A stretch of 64,000 nt of DNA, taken from Nodularia sp. (in: cyanobacteria). GTDB taxonomy: Bacteria; Cyanobacteriota; Cyanobacteriia; Cyanobacteriales; Nostocaceae. Location: assembly GCA_007692755.1 (NCBI GenBank), contig REBL01000110.1, positions 8,527-72,526 on the forward strand, in the 5' to 3' direction. Both the position numbers and the translations under genes were made by a program. The notes below the pieces were generated by a model. That model was not told the origin of the DNA. It did no database searches and was given only the letters and a program-made list of their open reading frames with translations. Positions 35,788 to 46,226 of the stretch are shown here, piece after piece (the stretch's first letter is position 1; each line of letters begins with the position of its first letter).

Positions 35788-35994
35788 TTAATCAAGTTTA
35801 AGAGCATTAACTGGTACTTCATCCCAAGAACTAACTATCCGCAATTGTGCTATCCAACCGGATGACTTTTGGCTAGGGGTCAAGTTTCCTTGAAAGGACT
35901 CATGACAATCTTTAGCTTGCGATTCATCACAACAAGCAATACAGGCATAAATCATCCCCGAAGGATCAATTTGCTCATTTACCCAAATTTTCAT
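35788..35994 (-). CDS. Hypothetical small protein
   Basis: This 68-aa ORF has an AGAGGATAT-like RBS region upstream. I see no recognisable motif. Confidence 0.3.
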   Translation of the reverse strand: MKIWVNEQIDPSGMIYACIACCDESQAKDCHESFQGNLTPSQKSSGWIAQLRIVSSWDEVPVNALKLD

Positions 35995-36098
35995 AGATAT
36001 ATCCTCTAAAATTAAACACTGAAGACTATTAAATACAGAATCTCACCCTGATCAAGGAAAGGGGAGACTTTGATGCAAGTTGGCGAAATGTCTTCACT

Positions 36099-36848
36099 TT
36101 AATGCATTGTGGCAACATCCACACCATTAGTCTTTAGCTGACCATCTTCCATATAAATAATCCGGTCAGCAATATCAAGAATCCGGTTGTCATGGGTAAC
36201 TAGCAAGATTGTACAGCCTTGTTCTTTGGCTAACTTTTGCATTAATTCCACGACATCGCGCCCAGATTTTTTGTCTAATGCAGCGGTGGGTTCATCGGCT
36301 AAAACAATTTTCGGGTGACTGACTAAAGCCCGCGCGATCGCAACTCTTTGTTTTTGTCCCCCTGACAAATTCTCTGGATAGTAATTCACATGATCTGCTA
36401 AACCCACAGTTTCCAGCATGGCGATCGCTTTGGCGTTGATATCCTGCTGAAAAAACTCGTCATGCAACTCTATGGACATTCTGACATTATCTCTAGCTGT
36501 CAAAAAGGTCATCAGATTATGTGCTTGGAAAATATAACCAATCTGACGGCGCAGCTGCGTTAATTGTCCTTTACTGGCTCCACAAATTTCTTGTCCTAAA
36601 ATTTTTAAACTACCTTCCTGGGCAGAACGTAGACCACCCATGAGAGTTAATAGAGTGGTTTTACCTGAACCTGAGGGGCCAGTCATAATCACAATTTCAC
36701 CCGCGTTAATCTCCAAATTAATCTCAGATAAGACTTGTTTACGCAGGTTCCCACTGCCAAAGTAATGATTGACTTTGTGAACAGAAATCACAGGTTCCAC
36801 AGGAGATAAATTTAAGGGGTCATTTCCTGATATAGTGTTTTGTATCAT
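36099..36848 (-). CDS. DevA-type ABC exporter ATP-binding protein
   Basis: Walker A GPSGSGKTT, signature LSGGQKQRVAIARAL, Walker B IVLADEPTAALD. It is the last gene of the devB-devC-devA order. Confidence 0.9.
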   Translation of the reverse strand: MIQNTISGNDPLNLSPVEPVISVHKVNHYFGSGNLRKQVLSEINLEINAGEIVIMTGPSGSGKTTLLTLMGGLRSAQEGSLKILGQEICGASKGQLTQLRRQIGYIFQAHNLMTFLTARDNVRMSIELHDEFFQQDINAKAIAMLETVGLADHVNYYPENLSGGQKQRVAIARALVSHPKIVLADEPTAALDKKSGRDVVELMQKLAKEQGCTILLVTHDNRILDIADRIIYMEDGQLKTNGVDVATMH

Positions 36849-36883
36849 GGGTTTTTTAGTGCCAAAATTTTGTCAGGTGAGAA

Positions 36884-38050
36884 TTAGAAAACATCAGCGG
36901 GGTCAGCTGTGCGTAACTTCCTCATAGCGATCGCACCAGAAAAACTACACATGATTACTGTCAGAATAAACACAGTTAACGCCCTTTCTACCTTCATGGC
37001 TATGGGTAACATGGTGGCAGCATAGGCTAGCTGATATAATCCGAAGGAAAGGAAAAATGCCGGGATATAACCCAAAACAGCTAAGAATAAAGCCTCTTGC
37101 AGCAAAACTCCCAACAGATAGCGATCTCTATAACCCATTGCTTTGAGAGTGGCGTATTCTGGTAGGTGTTCGGAGACATCAGAGTAAAGAATCTGATAAA
37201 CAATCACGATACCAACAATAAACCCCACTACCACACCTAAACCGAAAATAAAACCAATCCCAGTACCCTCAGCCCAATATTCTTTTTCTATTTGAGCAAA
37301 ACCTTCTGGGGTCAGGACGCTGACATCATTGGGTAACTCTGCTGCTAGTTGCGATCGCACTTTATCCGCATTTACACCAGGATTCAGAGTAATTAAACCC
37401 ACTTCTACACGGTCTCTTTGACGTTCTGGAAACAGTTGTAAAAAGGTAGAATCACTGGTAATCACATTTCCATCAGCCGCAAAGGAAGCACCGTTACTAA
37501 ATACGCCCCTCACACGGATAGCTTGATTATTCAGTTCCGTGTCAAAGTTGCCTGTTTTTTGGAATATATCGCCCACAGCCCCATATTCCGGGCGACCTGC
37601 TTGATCAAACAGAACTTGATGCAACTGTTTAAGATGATCCTGATTTTGTTGAACTTCGGGAAATTTGAATGCAGATTGGGCTGGATCGATACCCCAAACC
37701 AAGATAGCGCGATCAAGACGCGTTTGGGGATTGCGCCATTGTCCAGTGCCAATATAAACAGAATTTACTGATTTTACACCCTCATAACCCAATGTTTGAT
37801 AAAGTCGCTCTCTAGAAAAGCTTTTGACGGAAAACAGAGTTTGAAATTGGGGATTAATCAAAACCAAATCGGCTGCTAAATTGCGGTGAGGTTGAATAGC
37901 TGCGTCAAATAGCGCACTCTCAAAACCTAGCTGAATAAACATTAGCATATCAGCAAAAGTAATCCCGGCAACTGCAACTAACAGACGAGTTTTTTCTTTC
38001 ATTAACTGTCGCCATGCTAGCGGAGTTTTGCGTGATGATTGGAAAAACAT
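36884..38050 (-). CDS. DevC-type (FtsX-like) ABC exporter permease
   Basis: The DevC N-terminus is PLAWRQLMKEKTRLLVAVAGITFADMLMFIQLGF and the C-terminal FtsX helices end in ...KLRTADPADVF. I start at ATG 38050. The 29 extra codons of the track ORF translate an STRR heptamer array. Confidence 0.85.
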   Translation of the reverse strand: MFFQSSRKTPLAWRQLMKEKTRLLVAVAGITFADMLMFIQLGFESALFDAAIQPHRNLAADLVLINPQFQTLFSVKSFSRERLYQTLGYEGVKSVNSVYIGTGQWRNPQTRLDRAILVWGIDPAQSAFKFPEVQQNQDHLKQLHQVLFDQAGRPEYGAVGDIFQKTGNFDTELNNQAIRVRGVFSNGASFAADGNVITSDSTFLQLFPERQRDRVEVGLITLNPGVNADKVRSQLAAELPNDVSVLTPEGFAQIEKEYWAEGTGIGFIFGLGVVVGFIVGIVIVYQILYSDVSEHLPEYATLKAMGYRDRYLLGVLLQEALFLAVLGYIPAFFLSFGLYQLAYAATMLPIAMKVERALTVFILTVIMCSFSGAIAMRKLRTADPADVF

Positions 38051-38053
38051 AAT

Positions 38054-38097
<44 letters not shown>

Positions 38098-38126
38098 AAA
38101 ATACTGTTATTTTTAACTTGGGTGTT

Positions 38127-39416
38127 CTATAATTCAATTGCTGTTTGGACTTGCAAGTTAGTCAATCCGGCTACCTGTTTGCTATCTTCAGGATGCAGAC
38201 GAATCTTGACATCAATTACCCGGCTATCTAGGTTTTCTCCTGGTTGGTTGCTAAAAACATTTTGTCTATTTACCTGCAAACCAATCTGAGAAACTGTACC
38301 TCGCAATTCACCAGTAAATACTTGACTGGTAATTACTGCGGACTGTCCCACTTGAATTTTACTAATATCAGTTTGATAAACTTCCGCTACTGCGATCATT
38401 TGCTCAGTTTGTGCCAATTCTGCAATTCCAGATTCACTAATTTTTTCTCCAACTCGTGTGTGAATTTTGAGAATTTGTCCAGCTATTGGTGCTATAATGG
38501 AAGTAGACTCTAAATTAATTTGCATTTGTTTAAGTATCGCGATCGCATTCTCAATTTCACTCTTGGCTGCTTCCACATCTACGGGACGAATTTCGGCAAT
38601 ACTGTTGAGTGTGGCTTTCGCTTCACTAATTTGTTTATTACTGGTGGAGTTAATTCTGGTGAGTGTAACTTGGGCTTGGGCTAGTTCTCTACTAGCGGTA
38701 GAATTAATCCGATTCAGCACGGCTTCTCCTTCTGAAAGTTGCTGTTTTGCAGTTTCTAAACTTAAGCGCTTACTATCAAATAAAGAATTAGAAATTGCAC
38801 CCTCAGAAGATAGTTGCTGATAACGTTCATATTCAGCTTGAGAATTATTGAGTTCTGCTTCGAGCTTTTTAATTGTCGCCTCTTGTGCTATTCTGTCTCC
38901 TAACCACTGTGCTTCTATGCGAGCGATCGCTTCTTGTTGAGCGATTTTATCGCCTTGTGACTGAGCTTGTAAGCGTTCAATAGTTGCTTGCTGTGCCTGA
39001 ATTTCCCCAGTTTTTGCCCCGGCTTTAACTTGAGCCAATTTAGCTTCAGCCACTCTTACCTGTTGTTCTGCTTGGAGTACAGCAGTTTGTAGGCGAGTGC
39101 GTGAGTCTAAAATTGCCACCACCTGACCAGATTTGACTCTATCGCCTTCCTGGACTAAGATTTGAGCAATGCGATCGCCATCTAATTCCAAAGGTGCAGA
39201 CAGGCTAATTACCTCGGTTTCTGGTTCTAATCTGCCTAAAGCCGTAATTTTTGGTGTAATTGGCGCAGGTTCTCCCAGTTGAGATGAAGTATTTTGACCA
39301 ACGAAGCCAGACTGAGAAATCCCATAAACAGCAATTCCACCTGTAATCACTGTAGCCGCTACTACTAATAAAATTAACCGTTGATTGGGAACTTTTAAAA
39401 AACCATTTTGAATCAT
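38127..39416 (-). CDS. DevB-type (HlyD-family) membrane fusion protein
   Basis: It has an N-terminal TM helix, the motif ALGRLEPETEVISLSAP...VKSGQVVAILD, a coiled coil with AKLAQVKAGAKTGEIQAQ, and the C-terminus LTNLQVQTAIEL. ATG 39416 has a GGTGAGG RBS. Confidence 0.85.
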   Translation of the reverse strand: MIQNGFLKVPNQRLILLVVAATVITGGIAVYGISQSGFVGQNTSSQLGEPAPITPKITALGRLEPETEVISLSAPLELDGDRIAQILVQEGDRVKSGQVVAILDSRTRLQTAVLQAEQQVRVAEAKLAQVKAGAKTGEIQAQQATIERLQAQSQGDKIAQQEAIARIEAQWLGDRIAQEATIKKLEAELNNSQAEYERYQQLSSEGAISNSLFDSKRLSLETAKQQLSEGEAVLNRINSTASRELAQAQVTLTRINSTSNKQISEAKATLNSIAEIRPVDVEAAKSEIENAIAILKQMQINLESTSIIAPIAGQILKIHTRVGEKISESGIAELAQTEQMIAVAEVYQTDISKIQVGQSAVITSQVFTGELRGTVSQIGLQVNRQNVFSNQPGENLDSRVIDVKIRLHPEDSKQVAGLTNLQVQTAIEL

Positions 39417-39502
39417 TTTTACCTCACCACACATATTATTTTTTGGATCTATTTAGTTAGGCAGAAAAATTAAACTTTTTGTCTTTTAAGGGATTAGCTA
39501 TG

Positions 39503-40075
39503 TTATGGTTTTTCTTGTAAATATTTAGTCAGCATTTTACCTAGCAATTCACATTGTTCAGAAAAATCAATTGTTTGATCACCCCAGAGTTTCGCCAAAA
39601 TTAAACCATCAATAAAGCTCAAAACAAAAGAAGCTAATACTGGATCTTGAATTCCCAAAAAATCACAAACTGCTTGCTGATACCTTTGCTTTACAAGTTG
39701 AAATATAGGACTATTGGCTATTGTTTCTTTGCCTTGATGCTGATAAAAATCCACCAAAATATAAGTTTGATTAATGAAGTAATCTTCATTTTTAACTAAA
39801 TATTTCCCCATCGCAGTCATTATTTCTGACAATGTTTGGTTTCCTTCCATCTCCGCCAAAGCTGAACTGACATCTTCCTTGCTTATCTCCTCGACTAATT
39901 GCTCAAACAGAGCTTGTTTGCTAGGAAAATAATGATATAGCGTACCAGTAGAAACATTTAAACTCTGAGCAATTTGTCTCATGGTGAGCGCACCGTAACC
40001 TTTTTTAGCAAATAAATCAAAGCACTTGCCCAGTAATTCTTTACGGTATTGGTCATGGTCAACTATTTTAGGCAT
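39503..40075 (-). CDS. TetR-family transcriptional regulator
   Basis: The HTH is GYGALTMRQIAQSLNVSTGTLYHYFPSKQALF. It lies directly upstream of the devBCA-type genes on the same strand. Confidence 0.9.
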   Translation of the reverse strand: MPKIVDHDQYRKELLGKCFDLFAKKGYGALTMRQIAQSLNVSTGTLYHYFPSKQALFEQLVEEISKEDVSSALAEMEGNQTLSEIMTAMGKYLVKNEDYFINQTYILVDFYQHQGKETIANSPIFQLVKQRYQQAVCDFLGIQDPVLASFVLSFIDGLILAKLWGDQTIDFSEQCELLGKMLTKYLQEKP

Positions 40076-40411
40076 TTTTTATATCGAACGCTCGATATTT
40101 TTTAATATATCAGAGATATCTCCCGAATGCTAGATAATTGCAGAAATTAAATATACTTACGCCAAAATTTTTTGTAGGGTGTGTTGTCGCGTAGCGCAAC
40201 GCACCATCCTCAATTTTCGGTGCGTTGGGACTAACTTCGGTAACAAACCCTACCCAAATAAAGGTTTTTAGACTTGTGTGTACACGGGAGTGCAAGCGAT
40301 GAGGGGGACTGGTTCATCCTGGAAACTTCCTCTGGACAAGGATTTGTGTACACCATAGCCTACAAAAAGGAAAAATTAGCTCTCAGCGACTTTTCAAACA
40401 ACCTCTAAACT

Positions 40412-41638
40412 CTAATTCTTAGCCATTTTACTAAAAACTCGGTAATACAGCCACGTACTAGTTTCCTTTAAAGGAAAGAAGACATAAGTCAGAGGATTTA
40501 TGGTAACAATAATATTACGGTAATCTCGTCGGGCTAAAAATAGAATACCACGAGCTACCTGCTGGGCTGACATCACCCCATAAGGATTGAGTTGACTTTT
40601 AAAAGGCCCCAGAATTAACTTGCGGATTACACAATTTCCATCCAACCGCTTCAGGGTGACAAGATTTCCTAATGTGCGTTTACTCAGTTCATAAAGGGGA
40701 CTTAAAGCCGGGGAAACCTCAGCTTCAGAAGTATTCACCCAGATTTCCTTGGTGGCTTTGGCTTGTGGTCCGGTGACCGTAGTTAAAAATATATCCATCA
40801 ACCGCAAGGCTGAGAAAGTATTCACCTCATAGGAAGATGCGATCGCTTGTGGTGTGCGGCTATTGTAAACATTGACACCGTGGTTGATAATCAAAATATC
40901 GATTTTTGCTAAACTGTCCTTGAGTTCAGCTTCATTACCTAACTCCCAGGAAAGCACTTTAAAATTAGTTTGCGGTGCTAATTTTTCGGGGTTAGTGGTT
41001 AAAGCCACCACTTTGGCATTATGCTTGAGCAATTCCGTTGCCAATGCTTGACCGAGAGAACCTGATGCACCAGTTAAAGCGACGGTTTTACCTTTGAGAG
41101 ATAAACCCGTACCAAGTATTTTATCCACGAGAGGAAACACACCACTATAGTAAGCATTCACATCATCAAAATGATGTCGCCAATGATAAGTGCGATTTAC
41201 CCACCAAACAGAGGGAATTATCTGTAATGGGCCGGGTAAGTGATTGTAATCTGTATCGATTTTACCAAAGAAATATCGCACAGAAGCACCATACAAGAAA
41301 GTGCAGCCATAGAATACGCCCAGCCATAACCCCATTTGGTGAAAGACTAAAGCCATGATGGTTAAAACTGCAACCAGTAAACCCGACTCATAAACATCAT
41401 GATAAAGTTGGGAATCTTGGTAAGCTTGCACAGAGACTATGGATAAATCCCGACGATATACCTGATGATGCTTATTGTGCCATTTAGCCAGCCATTTGAC
41501 TTGGTGACACAAAACATGATAACTGTCTCTTAAGACTTCAGCCAGCAACAACGAAAAGACTCCCCAGCCAGCAAACGGCAAAGCAGTACTTACCAACACC
41601 CCATTAATCTGACTAAACATTGTCATATTTTCCTGCAC
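40412..41638 (-). CDS. Fusion protein: fatty-acid hydroxylase/sterol-desaturase-family membrane domain + short-chain dehydrogenase (SDR)
   Basis: The His boxes are HVLCHQVKW, HNKHHQVY and HWRHHF. The SDR part has TGASGSLGQALA (TGxxGxxG) and YELSK (YxxxK). Confidence 0.75.
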   Translation of the reverse strand: MQENMTMFSQINGVLVSTALPFAGWGVFSLLLAEVLRDSYHVLCHQVKWLAKWHNKHHQVYRRDLSIVSVQAYQDSQLYHDVYESGLLVAVLTIMALVFHQMGLWLGVFYGCTFLYGASVRYFFGKIDTDYNHLPGPLQIIPSVWWVNRTYHWRHHFDDVNAYYSGVFPLVDKILGTGLSLKGKTVALTGASGSLGQALATELLKHNAKVVALTTNPEKLAPQTNFKVLSWELGNEAELKDSLAKIDILIINHGVNVYNSRTPQAIASSYEVNTFSALRLMDIFLTTVTGPQAKATKEIWVNTSEAEVSPALSPLYELSKRTLGNLVTLKRLDGNCVIRKLILGPFKSQLNPYGVMSAQQVARGILFLARRDYRNIIVTINPLTYVFFPLKETSTWLYYRVFSKMAKN

Positions 41639-41939
41639 ACCACTTGACTTAATCTTTCTTCATATTGTGACAGAATAGAATAACGTAACGTTACACAGCA
41701 AACTAAAAAGCTTGTAGTCAGGACTTCAGTCCTCTCCTTGAGACGCGACACAACGCACACAAGATATTTTCAGCGATTCCTATGGCGTTAAGAGCAAGGC
41801 AAAGCTAGATAATGGCTAGGTAACAGGATAAATCATTAATATTGAAAATATAGATTTGTTTCGCGCATTCGCCGTTAGGCGTTCCCGCAGGGTAGGCGCA
41901 AAGAAGAAAGCAAAGGTTTTTTATTTGAGATATAAGGTT

Positions 41940-42218
41940 ATGAATATCGCTGTTAAGCCAGAAATAGAGCAATTTATTCACGCACAGCTTGCACGTGGGA
42001 GATTCGCTCGTGCATAAAGAACAGCAAATTGAAGAATTACGCCAAAAAATTGCTATCGGGACTGAACAAATTGCTAAAGGTCAAGTAACTGATGGCGAAG
42101 TTGTTTTTGCGAGATTTCAAGAAAAAATTCGTAAAATTGCTGAGGAGTCTGAAGAATGAGTAGTTATTCATTTTCAGATGAAGCAATTCAAAATTCAATA
42201 TTTTGTGAATATATATAA
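41940..42218 (+). pseudogene. Decayed parD/parE-type toxin-antitoxin pair
   Basis: MNIAVKPEIEQFIHAQLARGRFARA* stops at 42017. The antitoxin C-terminus (KEQQIEELRQKIAIGTEQIAKGQVTDGEVVFARFQEKIRKIAEESEE*) continues in a different frame. The toxin start overlaps it by ATGA, but the toxin ends after 20 codons (MSSYSFSDEAIQNSIFCEYI*). Confidence 0.6.
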
Positions 42219-42271
42219 TTATGATGAAATTGGAACTAATCGCTTTTTAGCAGAATTAAAGTAATCACGCT

Positions 42272-42502
42272 ATGAAACCACTAACCCGAATCACATTCAA
42301 CCCAGAAATTATGGGTGGCAAACCCTGCATTCGAGGTATGCGTATTACTGTAGGTACTATTGTTGGCTTAATGGCAGCAGGATATACGCCAGAAGTTATT
42401 CTCAAAGCCTACCCATACTTAGAATCTGAAGATATTTATGAAGCCCTCGCTTATGCTGCATGGCGGGTAGAAGAAATTGAAGTCCCCCTTGCTTCTGCAT
42501 GA
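42272..42502 (+). CDS. DUF433 protein (antitoxin-like partner)
   Basis: ITFNPEIMGGKPCIRGMRITVGTIVGLMAAGYTPEVILKAYPYLESEDIYEALAYA is the DUF433 signature. Confidence 0.8.
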   Translation: MKPLTRITFNPEIMGGKPCIRGMRITVGTIVGLMAAGYTPEVILKAYPYLESEDIYEALAYAAWRVEEIEVPLASA

Positions 42503-42873
42503 AAATTTTACTTGATATCAATCTTTCGCCTGACTGGGTGCAAGTCTTGGAAAATGAGGGTTTTGAAGCTGTCCACTGGTCAAAAATTGGTAATCCCAGT
42601 GCTACAGACAAAGTAATCATGGCATGGGCGCTGACAAACGACTATATTGTTTTCACCCATGACTTAGATTTTGGGACACTGCTAGCAATGACTCAAGCTG
42701 ATGCACCCAGCGTAATTCAAGTTAGATCACAAGATATCCTACCAACTAATTTAGGTAATTTAGTAATCAATGCCTTGCGCCAATTTCAGCAAGAACTAGA
42801 AAGGGGCGCTTTAGTAACAGTTGACGAAGTAAAGGCAAAGGTAAAAATTTTACCAATTAAGCGAAATACTTAA
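42499..42873 (+). CDS. DUF5615 (Mut7-C/PIN-like) protein (toxin-like partner)
   Basis: The motifs are MKILLDINLSPDWVQVLENEGFEAVHW ... IVFTHDLDFGTLLA. There is a 4-nt ATGA overlap with the DUF433 gene. Confidence 0.75.
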   Translation: MKILLDINLSPDWVQVLENEGFEAVHWSKIGNPSATDKVIMAWALTNDYIVFTHDLDFGTLLAMTQADAPSVIQVRSQDILPTNLGNLVINALRQFQQELERGALVTVDEVKAKVKILPIKRNT

Positions 42874-43204
42874 ACACAGAATTTTTAGATAAAAATGGAG
42901 TAAATATATACTCTATACCTATGAGTCTCCTTCACCCAGACTCAAAAACAACGCTATAAAAAGCCACGATTGACCTATTTTCACAACTGTAATGGGAAAT
43001 AACCAACTGCTACTGTAAAAAGTTTCATAGGAATAATCACAGTTCTGAAAAGTTTCAATCAGCTGTAACTCTTTCTAATCGAACAGCCGCATAAAATAAT
43101 CCCCTGGGGAAGTTTTAACAATTTCAGGGGGTAGTAAATATGGTTATCTAGCTTAAACAGTTATATATATTGGGATAAAACCAAAAGATTTATTTTCCAG
43201 GTCT

Positions 43205-43726
43205 TTAACGAGGTTTAGGTTTAAAAAAAGTCCCCATCTTTTCCTCCGTCCCGGTATCGTACTTTTTCAAGGTTTGTACATCTACTTTGTATTCACCTTT
43301 ATATAAACCTTCTTTTATTTTATGGTCTTTTATTTTAGATATTCTACCTATGTACTTAGTTTGCTTGCAGGAATCTAGAAACCTTTCTATCTGGTCTAGT
43401 TCAGGGTTAAAGCCCATAGCCTTCAAAGTTTCACCGAGTTTATTATTTGGGCTATAGTCAACTCCACAAGTTATTAAGGCTTCAATACTGTCTTGACCTT
43501 GTGTAAAAACCTCAAATATGAATCTCCATTTTTCTTCTATTATCTGTTGTTCTTCCTGACCATTATTCTGACCTATCTTTTTCTGACTTATATTTATAGC
43601 TTCAATCAAAGGATCTTTTTTATAGCCTAAAAATGTTAGGATACTCATCCCCTGCCTGTTTGCGATTGGGGATAATGATGAATCTGATGATGCTGATGAA
43701 TCTGATGGGGGTTTGAATAAACTCAT
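43205..43726 (-). CDS. Hypothetical protein
   Basis: This 173-aa ORF has a Ser/Asp-rich N-terminus and a K-rich C-terminus. I recognise no motif. It lies in the accessory patch beside tRNA-Cys. Confidence 0.4.
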   Translation of the reverse strand: MSLFKPPSDSSASSDSSLSPIANRQGMSILTFLGYKKDPLIEAINISQKKIGQNNGQEEQQIIEEKWRFIFEVFTQGQDSIEALITCGVDYSPNNKLGETLKAMGFNPELDQIERFLDSCKQTKYIGRISKIKDHKIKEGLYKGEYKVDVQTLKKYDTGTEEKMGTFFKPKPR

Positions 43727-44052
43727 TGTCTTATCTTTGGGGGTGTTATTGTTTGCATTTGCCCCATGTATATGATATGCCCTAAGTAGATTCTCATGCC
43801 AAGACTGAAAACCGAACTAGAGCAAATCAGAGGATATGTAAGCTAAAACCAGTTATAGGCGGCTATTAATAGACTTCAGATGTTATCAACTATTTTGAAT
43901 CTATGGAGTAATATTACACCTATGTACATAGGCGGTTAGGTTGCGGTAATCCTGTCTTTTAATCAACACACAACTGTCTGATGATTGTCAATAGTTCCCA
44001 TGCAGCAGATAACACCTTAGATGGAATAGATACAGCTACCCTAACAAGACTA

Positions 44053-44157
44053 TGACGATCATTGACTATCCCCCGATTACTATTTGACTGTCTCTTGACG
44101 ATCATCTGACGATCATATGACTGCCTCTCTACCTGCTAGGAGTTACTTTGACGATCA
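44053..44157. repeat. Iteron-like cluster: four exact TGACGATCA copies plus TTGACT(A/G)TC variants
   Basis: TGACGATCA occurs at 44053-61, 44096-104, 44107-115 and 44149-157. TTGACTATC occurs at 44062-70 and 44159-67. The cluster ends 64 nt from the 3' end of tRNA-Cys. Confidence 0.7.
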
Positions 44158-44220
44158 GTTTGACTATCAAATAGCGGTTTTATTAACTTTGGGATTTCCT
44201 TAAAAGGCTGGAAACCTTAA

Positions 44221-44292
<72 letters not shown>

Positions 44293-44654
44293 GCGATGAT
44301 CGCTCTCACGATTCCTTATCATAGCATATTTTTTCTCAATGTATGCCCTATGTCTGAGGAAATTTTGCCGTACCTCAGCAAATTTAGTGGTTAATGGCAT
44401 TTAAACATCCCAGGAGATAGCAACCTGGAATCCAGTTTTGTAGAGATAGTGTGAGGATTTGATGAATTTTTGCCCAAGATGGGTGACGTAAAACACAAAA
44501 AAAAATACAATTTCACTCTTAAGATAGATGAAAATTCAGAGATTTTAAGAAATTAGATGTTTATTTATGGTTTTTAGCTTTATGATGACATCAAAATCAG
44601 TATGACCTGGGTCAGCTACTTTACCAGACAAGAATCAGATGTTAAGTTGCACAC

Positions 44655-45467
44655 ATGGCAATCAGTGAAATGAAACAAGTATCTCCCATCTCAATTGCTC
44701 AAATAACAGATACACATCTGTTTGCTTCGGAAAATCACGAAATGCTGGGAATGCCGACTATACAGTCTTTCCAGGCAGTTGTAGAAAGGTTAAAACAGCT
44801 AAGGGCTGAAGTCGATTTACTACTGCTAACAGGTGATTTGTCTGGTGATGGTAAGCCTGATTCCTATGACAATCTCCAAAATCTCGTGAATCCTCTACAA
44901 ATACCTGCTTACTGGTTACCAGGGAATCATGACTGCGCGATCGCAATGGAAGATATCTTAAATATGGGGATGCTTTCCCGGCGCAAGTCTTTTGTGCGTG
45001 GTGGCTGGAATTTTATTTTACTCGATTCTTCCGTTCCTGGTTGTTTGCATGGTTATCTCTCAGGTAAAAGTCTCGATTGGCTAGACTCTGAGTTAACAAT
45101 CCTGGGTGACCATCCGACTTTAGTCGCCCTACATCATCCGCCTTTTCCCGTAAATTCTGCGTGGTTAGATAGCAGTACTCTGAAAAATCCCCAAGAATTT
45201 TTTGCTGTTCTCGACCGCCATCCCCAAGTCAGGTTAGTTTTGTTTGGTCACATCCATCAGGAATTTCAACGCCAGCGTCATCAAGTTCACTACCTCAGCA
45301 CCCCGTCAACTGGGCTTCAGTTTCGCTCAAAAAGTCCAACGTTGATGATTGACCAACAATACCCCGGATTTAGGTTGTTGAAGCTATACCCCAATGGGAT
45401 GTGGGAAACTTCGGTGGAACGAGTTCCTTATTTCCAGCCATTGGAGTTAGCCGCTAAAGTATCGTAA
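44655..45467 (+). CDS. Metallophosphoesterase, CpdA-like 3',5'-cyclic-nucleotide phosphodiesterase
   Basis: The motifs are IAQITDTHLF, LLTGDLSGDG, LPGNHD, ALHHPP and FGHIHQ. Confidence 0.8.
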   Translation: MAISEMKQVSPISIAQITDTHLFASENHEMLGMPTIQSFQAVVERLKQLRAEVDLLLLTGDLSGDGKPDSYDNLQNLVNPLQIPAYWLPGNHDCAIAMEDILNMGMLSRRKSFVRGGWNFILLDSSVPGCLHGYLSGKSLDWLDSELTILGDHPTLVALHHPPFPVNSAWLDSSTLKNPQEFFAVLDRHPQVRLVLFGHIHQEFQRQRHQVHYLSTPSTGLQFRSKSPTLMIDQQYPGFRLLKLYPNGMWETSVERVPYFQPLELAAKVS

Positions 45468-45472
45468 GTTAG

Positions 45473-46084
45473 CTATACTTCTGCCATCGATATCACTTCA
45501 TCCGCAAAACTGTTTCGACGCACAAAGTACAAAGGGCCAGCCACAGACCCCCAAATACGCTCATTGGTTTCTAAATCACGTCCTCGGTCAAGGCTAATAA
45601 ATCTCTCTTCGCTAATTTCAAATTCACTATCTAAATAGGTATTTTGCCCTTTCCGAAATACGATACAAGCTTTACCTGGTTCGACTTTACCTTTGAAGCT
45701 GTTACCAGCCCACTCTACAATCATGTTACATCCTGGTAACTTTTCTAAGCGATCGCTCGTTAAACTTTTCAGGCGTTCGAGGTCACGGGATGCACCATAA
45801 AAGTTTTCTTCTTGCTTCACGGTATAGTTTTCAATTTCAATTCGGTCTCCTGCATTGACCAATTTCAGCACCCGCAGACGATAAGGGTCATTCAGCTGAT
45901 AATCATAAGCTTGTTCCACAAACAAACTGATTCCTGATAACACCTCTAGGGCTAGAGGACGCATACAGACGCGAATATGAGCATAAAAAGGTGGGTTTTC
46001 AAATGCTTGCGCTTGATTACTAAAATCAGCCGCCATCCAGCGAGCTAAGGTTGTAATATCCATAGAATTAGTCATTACATACAT
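45473..46084 (-). CDS. cpcT: Phycobiliprotein chromophore lyase CpcT/CpeT
   Basis: LARWMAADFSNQAQAFENPPFYAHIRVCMRPL is the characteristic CpcT N-terminus. The length is about 200 aa. Confidence 0.85.
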   Translation of the reverse strand: MYVMTNSMDITTLARWMAADFSNQAQAFENPPFYAHIRVCMRPLALEVLSGISLFVEQAYDYQLNDPYRLRVLKLVNAGDRIEIENYTVKQEENFYGASRDLERLKSLTSDRLEKLPGCNMIVEWAGNSFKGKVEPGKACIVFRKGQNTYLDSEFEISEERFISLDRGRDLETNERIWGSVAGPLYFVRRNSFADEVISMAEV

Positions 46085-46226
46085 TTAAATTCTCTGGATT
46101 TATTGTAGAGGGAATAGGGAGTGGGGAGAATTATCGATTTTTGATGCGTCATTCAAATTGGCAGTTAAAATCTTTGGGTATGGTAGTTATAACCTATACC
46201 CTATTCCCATCTCAGGTAAAGTACCC

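Noticed and set aside
40110-40295. 61-aa minus-strand ORF
   Set aside because: It lies wholly within a dispersed repeat (GGGTGTGTTGTCGCGTAGCGCAACGCACC...). It shares a 16-mer with the repeat at 51824.
41640-44220. att-type direct repeat of the tRNA-Cys 3' end that would delimit an island
   Set aside because: I looked for GGATTTGAACC/GCGACACCCGG-like strings in the patch. I found only a 7-nt match (GCGACAC near 41745), which is not meaningful.
44342-44357. TATGCCCTATGTCTG shared between 44343-57 and 60647-61 (just upstream of the PKS start)
   Set aside because: A single 15-nt exact match is within chance expectation for an AT-biased 64-kb window searched on both strands. There is no palindromy or known motif.
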